Shown in pieces: positions 1-14,000 of a stretch of DNA of 64,000 nt; positions within the stretch are counted from its first letter, which is position 1, and every line of letters starts with the position of its first letter. The notes below the pieces were generated by a model. The model was not told the origin of the DNA. It did no database searches and saw only the letters and a program-made list of their open reading frames with translations. This DNA is from Ophelia neglecta. Lineage: Eukaryota. Where the stretch lies: the NCBI GenBank assembly GCA_965285935.1, contig OZ260662.1, positions 14,260,001 through 14,324,000 on the forward strand, in the 5' to 3' direction. Made by a program: the position numbers and the translations under genes.

Positions 1-604
1 CACTACTCACATCAGACACAATACCAGTAGTACAGTCTGTACTACTCACAGAACACTTGTCATCAGATACCAGGGAGCTGTCACTGGTTATACATTTGTT
101 TTCCCTGTGTATCAAATGGTTGGTATGGGTGATTTGTTGGGTGCTATGGGTTACCAGTCCATTGCCAGGGGTGAGGGTGATATTACTAGTGTCATCCAAT
201 GTTAATTGTGATGTGTTTAGCGATGCTCTTGTACTTATGCTATAAAACTGCAGTTCATTGTAAATGTTAGATGATTCGTTCAACGAAAAGTTACGATATG
301 TGTTACTGGCCAATCCTGGGCTGCACAAGTGGGTCAGGTCAGGGCTGTGTATCTGGGTCAGGTTTCCCTGTAACTGGGTCAGGTCGGTGTTGGCACACAG
401 GTCCTTGACAAGGGTGTCAGACAGTTTATCATCACTGAGAGTCAGACCCAGGACCTTTCTGCCTGATCTCAGCAGGTGGGCGGCCCTGTCACTGTGTAGT
501 TTACGTTGTTTACACGGGGTGGCGCTGTCAATGTTCTCCTTGGTCTCGTCCAGGGACTCGTGGTGTTGACGGCGCAATCGCCGCAGCTTCATTCCACAAA
601 TCAT
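1..604 (-). CDS. PsGEF: 5' part of the large first coding exon of a second PsGEF-like copy (continues off the left edge)
   Basis: Colinear with 38279-38882 with 6 substitutions and no indel or stop; same acceptor at 611 and ATG at 604. Confidence 0.8.
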   Translation of the reverse strand, partial: MICGMKLRRLRRQHHESLDETKENIDSATPCKQRKLHSDRAAHLLRSGRKVLGLTLSDDKLSDTLVKDLCANTDLTQLQGNLTQIHSPDLTHLCSPGLASNTYRNFSLNESSNIYNELQFYSISTRASLNTSQLTLDDTSNITLTPGNGLVTHSTQQITHTNHLIHRENKCITSDSSLVSDDKCSVSSTDCTTGIVSDVSS

Positions 605-3600
605 CTTCAATCTATAAAAATAGAAAAAATAATGAGTTTTTAACATAATTGAAAAACTTCTATACAGTGACATGAGGAGGTGGAAGTAGCCAGAATGTGA
701 GTCAAATTATCTGGTTAATAAGACCAAGGTGTGGGTGCTAAAACAAAACTGTGACAGAAATGAAGATATCATGGCCTGAGGAGATCCGAGTTTGGATAAA
801 ACAACCACTTCTTGTAAATATATCTCACAATGAAATGGGGAGAATGTCTGTTTCCCCAACAATTCTCTTCATCATTATTATACAAGTAAGAAACCTACCT
901 TGTGTGAGGTGATATATGACAAGGTAGATGTGGCAATCAGATGTAGGTATCTGGCCACAACAACCACAAGTTACCAGAAAGAGAAACTTGTCTATTGCTT
1001 TAAGATCTACTACAGTACTGTGACACTCTGCAGACAATAGGTTGGATTGACAGTCTGTAGATAATAGCCAGTAGTCAGAGGTTTTAACCCTAACACTCCT
1101 CTCTGACAGTAGATCAGTGTAACCCCATGTTCTCCCAGACAGTATATCTGTGTAGCCCCACACTGATGTATTGTGGCAATCTAGACTTTTCCCTGAAGTA
1201 TCAACTCCAGAAGGAAACTGACAGTTCACCTCCCGTCTCAGTCTGTCGTTGGTCCAATGTCGCAAAGACCCTCCCACTCCTTTTAACACCCTCCAGAGAG
1301 AAGAACTTGGGAACAGAATGACATTATCCTCATAGACTAGTCACATTAATTGCCTTAGCGACCCCCAGGGGGCAGCAGGCAGGTAACAGAACCCAAATCA
1401 TGCCCTGTGGGACTAAAACCCCAAACACATACATACAATGACCTTCATCTTAACTATAATCCCCATATAGAACTTATTGTCTGGGGATTACACTTATAGC
1501 TCTCTTCTGGTCACTACGGGAGGTAGTAAAGTACTAGAGACCTCTGACACTGTGAACAGCTGCCTCCTAAGAAACCTGTGAGGAGCGTGCATCTTTTTAT
1601 CATAGAGTGCTATATGAAGGAAGTCCCTGTAACATTACATAGAACAGCTGGGCTCTGAAGACAGTTGAGGGTCAGGGCAGAGGGTCCTGTGGTCATTGAA
1701 CCACACATTGTATAACCCTGAATATATACAATGTGATTACTCGCTGATTTACAAACCCACAATAGATGTTACCTATACAAGGGGCCATTGACAACCTGCT
1801 CAGGAGTTTAAACACTGATATGTAAATTACAAACAATCTTTACAGTGAGTTTCTTTGAACCCAGAGCTCAGGTTATAACAGAGATTGTTCCTTATACAGT
1901 TATCAGTCCCTTGACATCAGCTGTCAGACACTAAATCACCAGATGTTCATCCTCACTTTAATACATATCATTCTATGGAGTGAGCAGACACTGATTGAAG
2001 TTGTTGGGCTTTGAGCAGTTTTCCCATCTGTCTATCTACTAAGGATGTAAACTGTCCACAATTCCCACTTTTTTAATCCCTCGTTCACAGATTGACAAGA
2101 TTAACCTGCCAGGTAATAAACAGCCTTAGAATGTGGAAAGCAGAGCACAGAGCACTTAGAGATAATTACTAGATCAATCACAGGTACAAGACATTGAGTG
2201 TGGCCATAGGTCTTATGGGATATAAACACAGGTACAGATAGAGGGGGGAGGGGGGGGGAGGGCAGTTTAATGTGATACCATACATACTTACCCACAAGAT
2301 AATATCATATCAAAAAGCTAACAGAGTATCAAAAAAAGGTCCCCAAATGCTATGTCCAGGTCCACTTTTGGCACACTTCCTCCTATGGTATATAACACTA
2401 CTAAAGTCCTGCTCACCATCTATTACTGAACTAATGTCCTCTGATGGCTGTTTAACCATTAGATCTAAGCCTAGATCTAAGCCATTTGTGGATCCTAAGA
2501 TCTCTCCTCATACAATGTGAGAAGACTTTAAATATGGCTGACAGCACAAGATTTAAACCTCTTTATATCTAAAAGGCAGAAGGTTTACTTAGGAGACAGT
2601 TAAGGGCTTAGCCTTAAGACGGGAGTCATTATCAGCGACAGTCTGATCTCAAGATCTCCGACACACACACACCAAGAGGCAGGTGTGAGGAATTGGATTA
2701 CAAAGGTATGTCAACAGAAATGTATGTTAATATGTCAGGGGCGAGGAAGGCACGCTTATAGCCCACCATCACTGATACATACTGCTGGGGAGGGGGGGGG
2801 GGGGGAGGGGAGGGTGTGGAGAGGAGGGGGGGGGGGGTGGGGTGGAGTGTGGCTGTCTGGGGAGAAGTGGATTACAAAGGTCATATGTCAGGGACGAGGA
2901 AGGCATGCTCATAGCCCAAGATCACTAGGGGGAGGGGAGGTGAGAAGACTGAGAAGATGCAGTCGGTAACAGGATCTACACCAAGATTTAATAACATGAG
3001 AGACAATAGAAATCAATATTAACAACAATTTGTAAAATTGTGTAACACAATGAGCCCAGACACCGAGGTGTTGTGACATTGTATCAAAGTTTGACAAATT
3101 TACATCCAAGACAAACTGAAATCTCCACAAGTCTATTGACCTTGTTTGTAAATAGCTAGTTGGTTATCAGTAATAAATAAAAAAAGCTTTCCAGCGGTTA
3201 TAATAATTTGAACTGGTTTCTACCATTAATCCTATAAGTAGCTCCTCTAACTGATGATCACTCCTTTGTAGGTATTAACTGACTAAAGTACTTGTTATGT
3301 AATTTAAGGTTCCAGACATTTCATAGTTATTTCAAAAATTCGTTTTAATAAATAACAATTTTTTATAGCTGCAGACTTCCTACAGAAGTGAAGGTCATTT
3401 GAAATCCACACAGTTCAAATATCAAAGGAGACTTTCATGACACTTATAGCTTCAGATTTCTATATAATACCCAGTAATACTAGTGGCTGGTTAGATAATG
3501 TGTCCACCTTTTCAAATCCTTCTACACTTTCTTAAAGGTTCCCAGACTAAGTAATGTGAACCTGTGTCAGACGCATGCCCCATAGAAACTGTAATAATCT

Positions 3601-4759
3601 TATATAAATTAGGTTCAAATTAGAATAAAAGAAAGAATTGAGTAACACCAACTGCATCTGCCAGCCAAGTATGGACTTTTACCTGGCAGCAAGGGAGGTA
3701 GAAGGGGGAGGGGGCAGGTGGCTGATGTATGAAGGCCTACTACCCTGATATATATATGTAAAGAACATGACATACCCCCCTCCCCTCCTCAGGGACCACT
3801 CCAGTACACATGGGAGTTGAAACATTTCATGTGTAAACTCCTGGAACTCCCAGGCCTCATAAGACTTACTATTACGTGGAGTGTCCACTCCTGGTCATTT
3901 ACAACAACAGTCACCTTACTAAAGACCATCAGTTACGATAGCTATCACCTCACTGAAGACAGGTAAAATACTCAATTAGCGCCCTCTAGGGAGACATGTG
4001 CTCTTAAATAGGAAACCCAATAAAGTCCAAGAAAAACGCCCCCAAAAGTTGTAAGACTGAGACGGAAATTGAGATGAGAGTTACGTAAGGTGACACGCAC
4101 CTCAGAGACATCAAACGATTGTCATATCACTCACCAGGGGGCAGATGTCATTGGTAGCACTGCAGTGTCATTGGTTGCCCAGCTACCATCAGTTGTCAAC
4201 TTGTGCAACACACTAGTCAAGCTCACGAGTGGTTTGACTGTTTTGACACCCATGAATACCCCAACGACTACAAAAGATATCATAAACCTCGCCAGTTTGA
4301 AAACTGTACTGTATTGTCCTTTATAATGTGTTAGTAGGAAATATAAGTCCTTGAACAAGATTACAATGGTGCCAGTATAAGGAAGTCCTCAACATAACAT
4401 CATTTACATAACATCATTTACAAAGATGTTTACTGGGTATACAAGTGTCTCCTCATAACAGTCAAGTCATCAAGCCATGTTTGTTCAATGTCTTGTAATG
4501 TCCAGAAAGCCTTTGGCAATCCATTCATCATAAGATCACCGTATTAAAAGAGATAAACATTAATTAACTAAAACAAAATAAAACCAACGTTTTCAAGTAC
4601 ATGTCATAACCTTTGTATGACCTCTGGCCAATGTCAAGAAGAGGTATGTTTGATGTTAACATTCCATGATGACATTTCATGTATTAATAGATTATTTAAT
4701 ACTATTTCACATTAAGAATGATGAATGATTATTCTTTGCATTTTATTAATAAAAGCAGG

Positions 4760-5040
4760 TACCTACTGTACCTGAACTATCTACAGTCTCTACCTGAGCT
4801 ACTTAAACCTCTACCTGGGCTATTTACAAGCCACTTCCTCTAGCTGAGCTATCAACAGGTCTCTACCTGAGCCATCTAAAGGCCTCAACCTCTATACCTG
4901 AACAATCTACAAGCCACTTCCTCTACCTGAGCTATCTACAGGTCTCTACCTGAGCAGTCTACAATCCACTACCTCTACCTGAGCAGTCTACAATCCACTA
5001 CCTCTGGCTGAGCTATCCACAGGTCTCTACCTGAGCTTGG
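4760..5040 (+). repeat. Minisatellite of 21-31-bp units (CTCTACCTGAGCTATCTACA..)
   Basis: About 10 degenerate units; a rearranged version is at ~43010-43260. Confidence 0.85.
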
Positions 5041-8000
5041 ACTACATGATTACAATAACCACTAAACCACAGTTTAAAGTGTCCTATAAATCATAAGCAG
5101 TAATATGTATTTTCTAATATTCTATTAGGTCTGAAAATCATGATCAATATCCTGTTTCTAGAAAAGAGTATTTTGTATTAAGCTATATAATTGAAGGGTC
5201 TGATACTAGCCTTAGTGATTAGACAGAATGATCAAAGTTATAGTCAAATTATGATATACTAATATATTGCAATTCATCCTCCGATTACAATGAAATTCAT
5301 CCTCGGATTACATTAAGATTTATGTCCAATGGCCAAAGAGGCCACCCATGGTGAGGAGGGTTCACTTCAAGGGGCCCAGAATTGAGTTAGAATGTCTTGA
5401 TTTTGTCAAGTGATATATCACATCAGTGAAAGTGGGAAGCACCACTGAGAATGGTACTGTCTTGTCTCAGATTAAATGTCTTGACTCAAATATCTATAGA
5501 CATCACTAGCTGGTGAGTCTCTCTCTGTTCAAAGGACCAGGGAAAGTAGCAAAACCCAGAATGATACATATATGTGGAGCTAAATATTATTCTACTGGTC
5601 AGGCTCCCTGCTGAATTAATTGACTGAGTCAGTCTGCTCTGGAGGGGTCTCCTATAAACTGTACGAGTTATAACATTTGTCACATCCCTGATGGTAACTT
5701 GTATCTGTGTAAGATATGGGTACACCCATCACCCAGTCAGTCCCCCTCCCCCAGGGACCTCAGTCAGCCAGTATTAATGTTATATTTAATAAAAGCTTCT
5801 TGGGTCTAATCTAAACACAGGGAGGGTCCTGTGTCAGTAAATATTGCTGTATTCTGGCTGTGAGAGGCTGATCAAGTAATGAAGTCTGCCATGATGTGTC
5901 TGGATCCACCTGGTGACAGAGCCAGTAATTAATAGATGGGTGTTTAGTAGTTTCCAGTGATATTTTACCCCAGACAGGTGGTGTTCAGTGATTTATATAA
6001 ATACTGAGGTCAGTGTGATATCTGTGTGCTATCTCTCTCAGTGTTTGGACAGTTAAATGTTTGAATTCACACAGAAGTAATCCAGGTTTATCTGGAGATT
6101 AAACCTGTTCACACTTACTGTAAAGTCAGAAATGTTTGCAGGAATTATATTTTGTGCATGTACCCAAATTCCTGCTTGCAGTAATTCAATCAGGCGGTCC
6201 ACCAGTACATCAGCACAGACTACTGCAAAGTCAGAAATGTTTGCAAGAACAAACTTCGCAATGAAAATTAGAAAAGTTGTGCAATCAGGTGATTTTTCAA
6301 TTACATTATCAAGACCATATTTTAAACCCCATGTGTAGATATATTTTCCTATGTTACACAGGTGATGAGGCCAGGGTCACACTCACTGACCTCAGTCATG
6401 CCTGACCTGTCATCACTTGACCAACAGCTCAATTAACCCATAAACACCTATTGATGAAAACTCACTACCCCCCAAACGGGGAAATAACCATGGATACCAT
6501 CTGGGCTGTCATAGCAACCATCCCACAAACCTATCTATGGTATATCTATAACCTTCACAATTATGTTTGACCTTAAAGTGGACATTTAATATGATTTCTG
6601 TCCAGATATACAAGATTGTTCACCTTATAACTATCCTAGTAACATTATTATACTGTCCGATACTGGTCAGTTAGAATGGTATCAGAGCTAATCTCTGAGA
6701 GGGACCAGCAGGGATTAGCCATGTGTTAGCCTTGTGTTAGCCATGTATTAGGTCTGTAGGGATTTACAGCAGTTTATATGACATCTCCTGTCACCAGCCA
6801 GTGTCATCCCTGATGACAGTTTAGTTATGTATGGGTATACACACATTATATTTGATGATAACACCAGCTTGTCTTGCCCTTGGTGCCCCTCCCCTGGGGC
6901 TGGCTATGTGGGTCTTGCCCTATGTGCCCCTCCCCTGGGGCTGGCTATGTGGGCCTCTCACCAGGTGACCAGGTACAGTCTACACCAAGGGTTCTCTGGT
7001 GGCCAAACAGTGTCATCTGGGAAAACACTTTAATATTAAGTTCCTGCTTGGAGAGGGGGATCATGGAAATTAGCTTCAAATGAAGACAAAACCAGCCCTC
7101 ACTTAAAATAATCACCTCATAGCAAGGGAGACCACTTGGTCCACTCTCATGGTTGTATATGTTATATCTATAAAGCTGAGCAGGCTGTAGCCACTGAGAT
7201 CTTCAGAAGAATCCCTCAGACCTAGGGTGACAGGTGGATGTGAGCAGGAGGTGGGCTATGGTTATCAGGGTACATGCTTGAATGCTTGACCAGCAGTGGT
7301 GACAGATAAAATACTAAATTCATAGATCTGCTGACAGACAGACAGACAGAACGAACAGGCAGACAATGACTGATATCTATTATTTTTCCCTGAGTAGCAG
7401 AGGTCAAGCTTCATACTGCCCTATCGCTAGCTATTGTAGACAATATGGGAATGCCACTCAGGCTATAAATAAGCAAATTTTAGAAGAATCTAGATAAGTT
7501 AAAACAGTCTTATTAGAAAGGACAGATTTATATACAGACTTGAAAAATAAATCCTTTTAGAGCTGGAGGCTACAAACTCAACCCCACAAACCAAACACTG
7601 TCTGCTCAAATAAGACAAATTGAGTAAGGTTACTCAAATATTACTCAATCAGAGTCAGTTACTGAGTTTGTGTGAACTCTCTACAGGTGGTCGCAGGAGG
7701 TAGCAAAGTGACACCATCATGTGGTAAGCAAACTCCTATTGATGTAACCCTGGCTATATGCTCCCACTGTTCAGTGTTCTCTGTGGATTAGTTTGATCAA
7801 ATTGATCTCAGACCTGCTGACTGTCCTGCTGACTTGAGGAGAGAGTTTAATCTTGTCATCATTAACTTAATAATACACAGATCATGGGTATTAGGTAAGA
7901 TGGGGTTAAACTGGGGTAAATAGCAATGCAAGAGGGGTTGGTGGGGAGGTGAATATGGAATGAAGCCTTACAGAGCCTTGCTTTGTAGCTTTGATTCTGA

Positions 8001-11000
8001 ACAAGTTGTTGTAGAAAACAGCATAAAGAAATATACATGAACATGACAGACAGATAGATTCATTAATGAGATTACAGATACACATAACAGAGGTAATTAT
8101 CCAGCAGCTAGGCTACACAGAAGAACCTGGACAAGCATCACAGACATGAACAGGCCAGCCTCCAAACAACATAGCTGGGTGTCAGATCTGTGATGCTCTA
8201 ACACCCACAATACAGGAACAGGGCAGCCCCTAAATAACAGTACCAGTCATCAGAACAGAGAAGCTCTAAGTACCAAGATGTCAGAACTGTGAAGCTCTAT
8301 CTGTGAATATAGAGACAGTAAATAACTGGAGTCCACCCACCTTGACCAATTAGTGTCTGATGAGAAGTGAGATCTCAGAGAGCTGTCCTGGAGTCTGTAC
8401 TGTGTCTCTGGAGCTACCAACAGGTGGCAGTCAAGATAATCCTCATCTGTCCTGTCTACTCTCTTAGTTGTCCAGGTATGAGGCAAAATAATTCTGATCA
8501 AATCACATTCAACGTCAAGAAAGTTCTCTCCCAGTTATAAAGTCCACTTCTATACCACAGATTAGTCAGGCTTCCCTAAGACAATCCAGTGTGACTTGAT
8601 ATCATCTACAGGAGCTGAGGTCTTGCTGGCACTAGGGTGGCCTTCTCTGTGAGATGTGAGCCCTGGGACTGTGTACTGCTGGTCCCTGTGAGCTCAGAGA
8701 CTGTGTACTGCTGGTCCCTGTGAGCTCAGAGCCAGATCACTGTGGCTGGGGAGTAGCCACTGTGGCTGCTGTCTTCACTGCACTGTCTTGGTAGAGATGG
8801 GAGACCCTGCATCATGCATCCCTCTCCCTGGGGTAACTCTCCAGGTAGCCCTGACTACCAGGGTTAGGGTCAGAAGGTCACAACCCTCTGATTGTGTCCT
8901 AGCATGTCTAAGGGTGAGAAAGTAAACTCTACAACAGACAGAGTTTACCTGTTAATATAACACCTAATATAAACCACTGATTTTGTGCCACTTCCTCAAG
9001 ACTTAGGAGTGTTATTTTGGAGATAAAATCAGTCAATTTGCCCCATAACAGTGGTGTTGTGTGCCTGGATCCTGAGGTGTAGACTTTCATTTAGTGATCA
9101 CACCTGAATCTACTCAAATGTAAATAGGGACTGATTTAATTAATTGGTTTGATTGTGCGGTGAGTTATGTCATAGAGAGTGTTGTATTGGATCTCTTGTA
9201 GATCTGTGATATGTGCTGATGTGTGAAGGTGTGCGGGCATAAAAGGGGGGGGGGGGCAGGGGGACTTGGAGGGAGGGGGAGGGAGCAGATGTGTGGGTGA
9301 CTTGCTTTGATGTGAACTAGTTACGTCAGAGAAAGATGTCTTTGAATTCTGGTTAAAAATGTGGTTAGTTGGTTCTATGCTGAGGGGGGTGGGGGGGGGG
9401 GGGGGGGAGAGAGAGGGGGATGTCATTGTTTTCTATGCATAAGATTATTATCAGAGATTTTGAATAGATGTCTGGTACATCCATCTGATGTCAGTGTTAA
9501 CATGGCTGGGTTTGTCTATGTATTGAGTAGATCTCTGATCAGATACAGGTTCTCAGTGTTTGCCCACACATTCTAAACCTACACAGTAGTTTCCTGTGGT
9601 TCTTTCAGTAACTCCCTGGGACAAAGACTGAAGACATTTTCAGACACATATAGATCCAATGATATACTGGTAGATACATGCAGTAGGTGGCTGTAGATAC
9701 AGCCTGATAAGATGGTGGTAGATAAAAATGATGGTTAGAGGACTGTCAGGCCCAAATTGGGGGTCCATGAGGAAGAAAGGAGGATACCAGGCTCATATTG
9801 GGGGTCAATGTGATAGACATTGGGAATACCAGAATCAATTGGGCATCAATTAGGTAGATATAGGGACCCTTTCAACCCTCTCTGCCCTGGACCTGTCCTT
9901 GACCTTCCTAAGCGCCCCTTGCTGCCCTGACAGTTGTTAACACTGCCCCCTATTGACAAATATTGGTCACTGTTTTACCACACAATCCCCATTACATGGC
10001 TCATTGACCTTCATAGTCTGTATGTTGACCTTCACAGTGGGCTTGTTGACCCTCCATGTTTGCAGACAATTATCAATCTCTCAACTTCCGGAGACAATGA
10101 CCTGATGTTATTCTCCCTAACACGCCCCGAGCCATAGCAACCATTACCGTGACTACCTGTTATATTTACTTAACTTGTCAACCAAATATCCCATAATCCT
10201 CTCTTTACTGCCATTGTCCAAAACCCCTAAATCTGTCGTAATGTAAACATTCGTTCTTCGCCGTCTGTATTGTTGGATGATTTTAAATTCCCTCACAGGG
10301 CCCTCCATACAATGTGTTGTGGACTGAGAACTCTTCAAGGAGAGCAAATTAATTCCAAAACATGAAAATCCCATGCAGGAAAATGACAAACTATAATAAA
10401 CATGGCTGGAATCTATCACAGGTCTAGATCTGAGGGATTTAGTAAAAGATTCCCATGTTAATATATCAAGGGAACAGCTTCTCTTAAATCTGCCACCAAT
10501 CCAGACCACAATATACATTTAATTCAAACCCTGGCTGCTTTATTTTCCCATGAAGCTCATCAAATTAAGGGATAGAGTTTCCTGATCAAAGGATTTTGAT
10601 TAAACAGTGGTGGAATAATAGAAAATATCAGGTGAATTTCTATATAATTGTACTGGTCAGTACTCATAGAGCAGTCAACATCGGACAGGAAGTCATGATA
10701 ATAGTAATTATTGGATTGTGGACTGATAGAAAGTTTAAATGACTGTAGGTTTACTTGAAGAAAACTCCGGAAAGCGAGGACCTGCCTCCATAATGGGAGA
10801 CCAGAACACATGTTAGTACATCCTGTCTGAGGTAAATAGGAAAGACGAGAAAATATTACAGAAATAATAAGTTTGTAATCTGATAGGGGAAGAAGCAGGT
10901 ATTTTGTGACAGGTGCCCGGGGCTGGGAGGGTTTAACTGTTTAAGGGGGGGATGATCTGGAAATAGAGGGTAAGGGGTAAAATAAATGTATTCACTTTTA

Positions 11001-14000
11001 AATTTTCGTTAAGATAAATGTGAATTTAATTACCCAAATGACAGGCTAATGGGTTAAATTCATTTTTCTTAATATCAGGAAGAAAGAGAAGAGTTGATCC
11101 CAAATTCATAACCCTTTGGGTGGCAAACAGGTATGCAGTTATGAGTGTCGTGTTTCATATTTTTTCCAAAGGTTCATGCATTTGACATTGAAAACTTAAT
11201 GAACAACTAAATGCCCCTAAATCTATATATTTTCAGAAAGAACAGATCTTCCGCAATAATAAAAACAAATGACAGTGAAATAAAGTCTGATATGATGTTA
11301 GGGGACAATTAGCTATGGTTTAAATAAACAAATATCTAGACCATTTATAATCAGAAATATGATAATTATTAATATACATGTAATAATTAACCCACTTCTC
11401 CTGGATACCACCCCTATTGTACTAAACACCTGTAAATTAGGACTCCTAGTATGTAGAGGGTTAAACAGGTAAAACAGAAGGTATCAATATGGAGAACACT
11501 TCTCTCCTTGACCAGATTTGTTGTAAACTTTTGTAGATATTGAATCCCAGTAGTTAAAGGATTAATTAAGTTCTTATTTAAAATTTGAAAAGAACATGAG
11601 TGAATACCTAGATTAACCCAGCCCTAAACAGAAGTAACAGGAAGCATGCAAAGAAAGTTTGTAAATACCAACCACAGTCTTGTTGACTAGTCAAAAGATT
11701 GATTTATTAATATATTAAAACTGGAATTAATTGAATATTAAATGTCACGAATCAATTGTCAAAAATCCAATTAAAATGTCTACACAGATGATTATAAGTA
11801 AACCTATCTATTGACAATACATTGTCTAAGGCACTTGTTAAAGGGTGTGGTGGATTGTAGCCAATTAACATTTAATAACACTGTGATAAGTTACTGGTCA
11901 ACATTCTGAGAAACTTGATATCATGAACACAGAATTCAGGACCCTCTCTGATAAACATCTTTTGAGAAAAGCCACATTGTCTTCATGAATGTTAAAATAT
12001 CAAAGGCTAGTAACATAGATATTCTCATCTCTTAAATTCTGATACAGTTGTCAATGTTTCAAAGACAGTTAAAATCCGATAAAAAACAATTATTCTTTCC
12101 TAGATGTCCTGTCACCTTTTTCTAGTAGATGCCAAAATGACCTATGAAGTCTTAAATAACAGTTATTGTTCATCAAATAACAGTCATTTCACCCTGATGA
12201 GTTGCATTAAGTTCTGAACATACTCACCAGGTTTCAGGATCTCAGGGGATTGTAGCTTATTAGTATAATTAGTGTCATCAACAATTAACCCCTGCACTTG
12301 AGGAGCTCATGTAAGTTCTGATCACTGGAAGTTACAGTGGAATGTGGAGGGTTAATATGGTCCTGATGTGGAGTGGGGATGGTTAATGTAGCCATGATCT
12401 GTCACTGACTGGGTTAATTAGGTGTGATGTGGCTGTTGAGGTTCTCACTCTATGACATTTAGAGGGAGCCACCTATGAAAGGGAGAGGGTAAGGGGAGGA
12501 GAGAGGCTGGGTGTGGGGGGTGGGGGTAGGGGGCCAGGGGAGGAGAGGGTGTGTTGGGTGGGGTGGGGGGACAGACAGGGAAGACTCCCTTGAAGATGGA
12601 TATATATATATTGAAAACCTAGCTGTTGGATTGGAAAAAACAAATGCATTTGTTAAACCTTTGTATCATGTTCTTCACTATACACATAATGTATACTGCA
12701 CATGTAAATGAAAGCAATAAACCTGGATTTAAAGAATATTTAGACCCCACAACTTATGTCTACCATTGATATTTGACAACCAAGAAACTGATTTGGTCAG
12801 TGCAAACTTTCTAGTGTGAAATTTGTTGTTTTGGGGTTGTTTGTTTGACTTTCCAGCCTCTCTCCCCCCAGTGTGTGTGTGTGCGTGGGGGGTGGGGGGG
12901 GGGGGGGGTGGGGTGAGGAAGGGGTCTGGCAGTGGTTACCAAGCTCCTGGGCCATGACTTCCTTCTAGGGGACTGATGGGTGTGTGTGTGTTGGTTACCA
13001 ACCCCCAGCCCATGACCTCCTGCCAAGTCCCTTATCAATACAAGGAAGCTGCCAGACAAGATACAAGATGTTGTGGTGTGTGATTTAATAATTAAATAAA
13101 GTGTGTAATGAGTTAAGAGTCTGGACAACAAGTGTCTGAGATAACATGTCTCATGTATATATGTAATATATAAATATAACTATCTGAGAATGGAGGGTTA
13201 ATGATTGTAATACACAATACATAAATATAACTATCTGAGAATGGGAGGGTTAATGATTTGTTTGTGATGTTAATTTATGTTACAATTTGATACCACAGTG
13301 CCACTGTGTTATTCTAACATGGCTTTCTTGTCTTGATATGTGTTTAATTTGATCAAATTGTACCCAAATCTGATAAGATTATGACTATGATGCATGATGT
13401 ACAATCTGGGTAAGTCTGACACCAAAAATGTCTGCAGATATATACAAGTATGATAATAAAATGATAAACTCTCACGGCTGCTTTAAATATAATATTAGAA
13501 AACAATTTTTTGTGAGACCATGGATACAATTCCCAGACAAAATCTGTCAGATCGATAATACCCTACAATATATCTCCAGACAGATGAATACTCCAATCCA
13601 TACTTCATCACAGTAAAAGTCCCAAACACTTGGAACATCAAAGAAACAGTTCAATCAAGAGGTATAAAAATAACAGTTATCATAATGTTATAATAACTAG
13701 GAACCATTTCTATCCAGATCCAGCCAGACATTATAACCCAATAAACTAATGGTTGATAGCAGGTGATAATTATACATCAGGACCAGACGGACTGTAAACG
13801 GTCTTGATATGACCTTGACACTGTCCTTCAACAGCAGACAAATGAATATTACAGGTATAATACAGGACAACTGTCACATCAGACAATTACCTGAGTAATA
13901 AATATTACAGGTGTGACCTCACTTTGTAATCATATTAAATAATTACCCGTGTAACCTGCTTTAATTATCTTATCAGGCACTTGAGACGTGTAACTCAGGT

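Noticed and set aside
57-569. Plus-strand ORFs 57..245 and 264..569 (and twins 38215..38847)
   Set aside because: Antisense shadows of the real minus-strand exon.
825-1289. 154-aa minus ORF (twin 39103..39507)
   Set aside because: No recognisable domain; shorter in the twin, with mostly amino-acid-changing differences; lies in the intron or upstream region.
8341-8534. Possible upstream coding exon (..DTNWSR|LKM) with phase-2 donor AAG|gtgggt
   Set aside because: No in-frame ATG before the stop at 8535; unit 2 has TGG->TAG and a 2-nt indel. It could still be a non-coding 5'UTR exon.
11090-11310. Possible old DNA-transposon end (..GATGTTAGGGGACT|TTAA in unit 2, ~51319)
   Set aside because: No matching opposite TIR found; too decayed to call.
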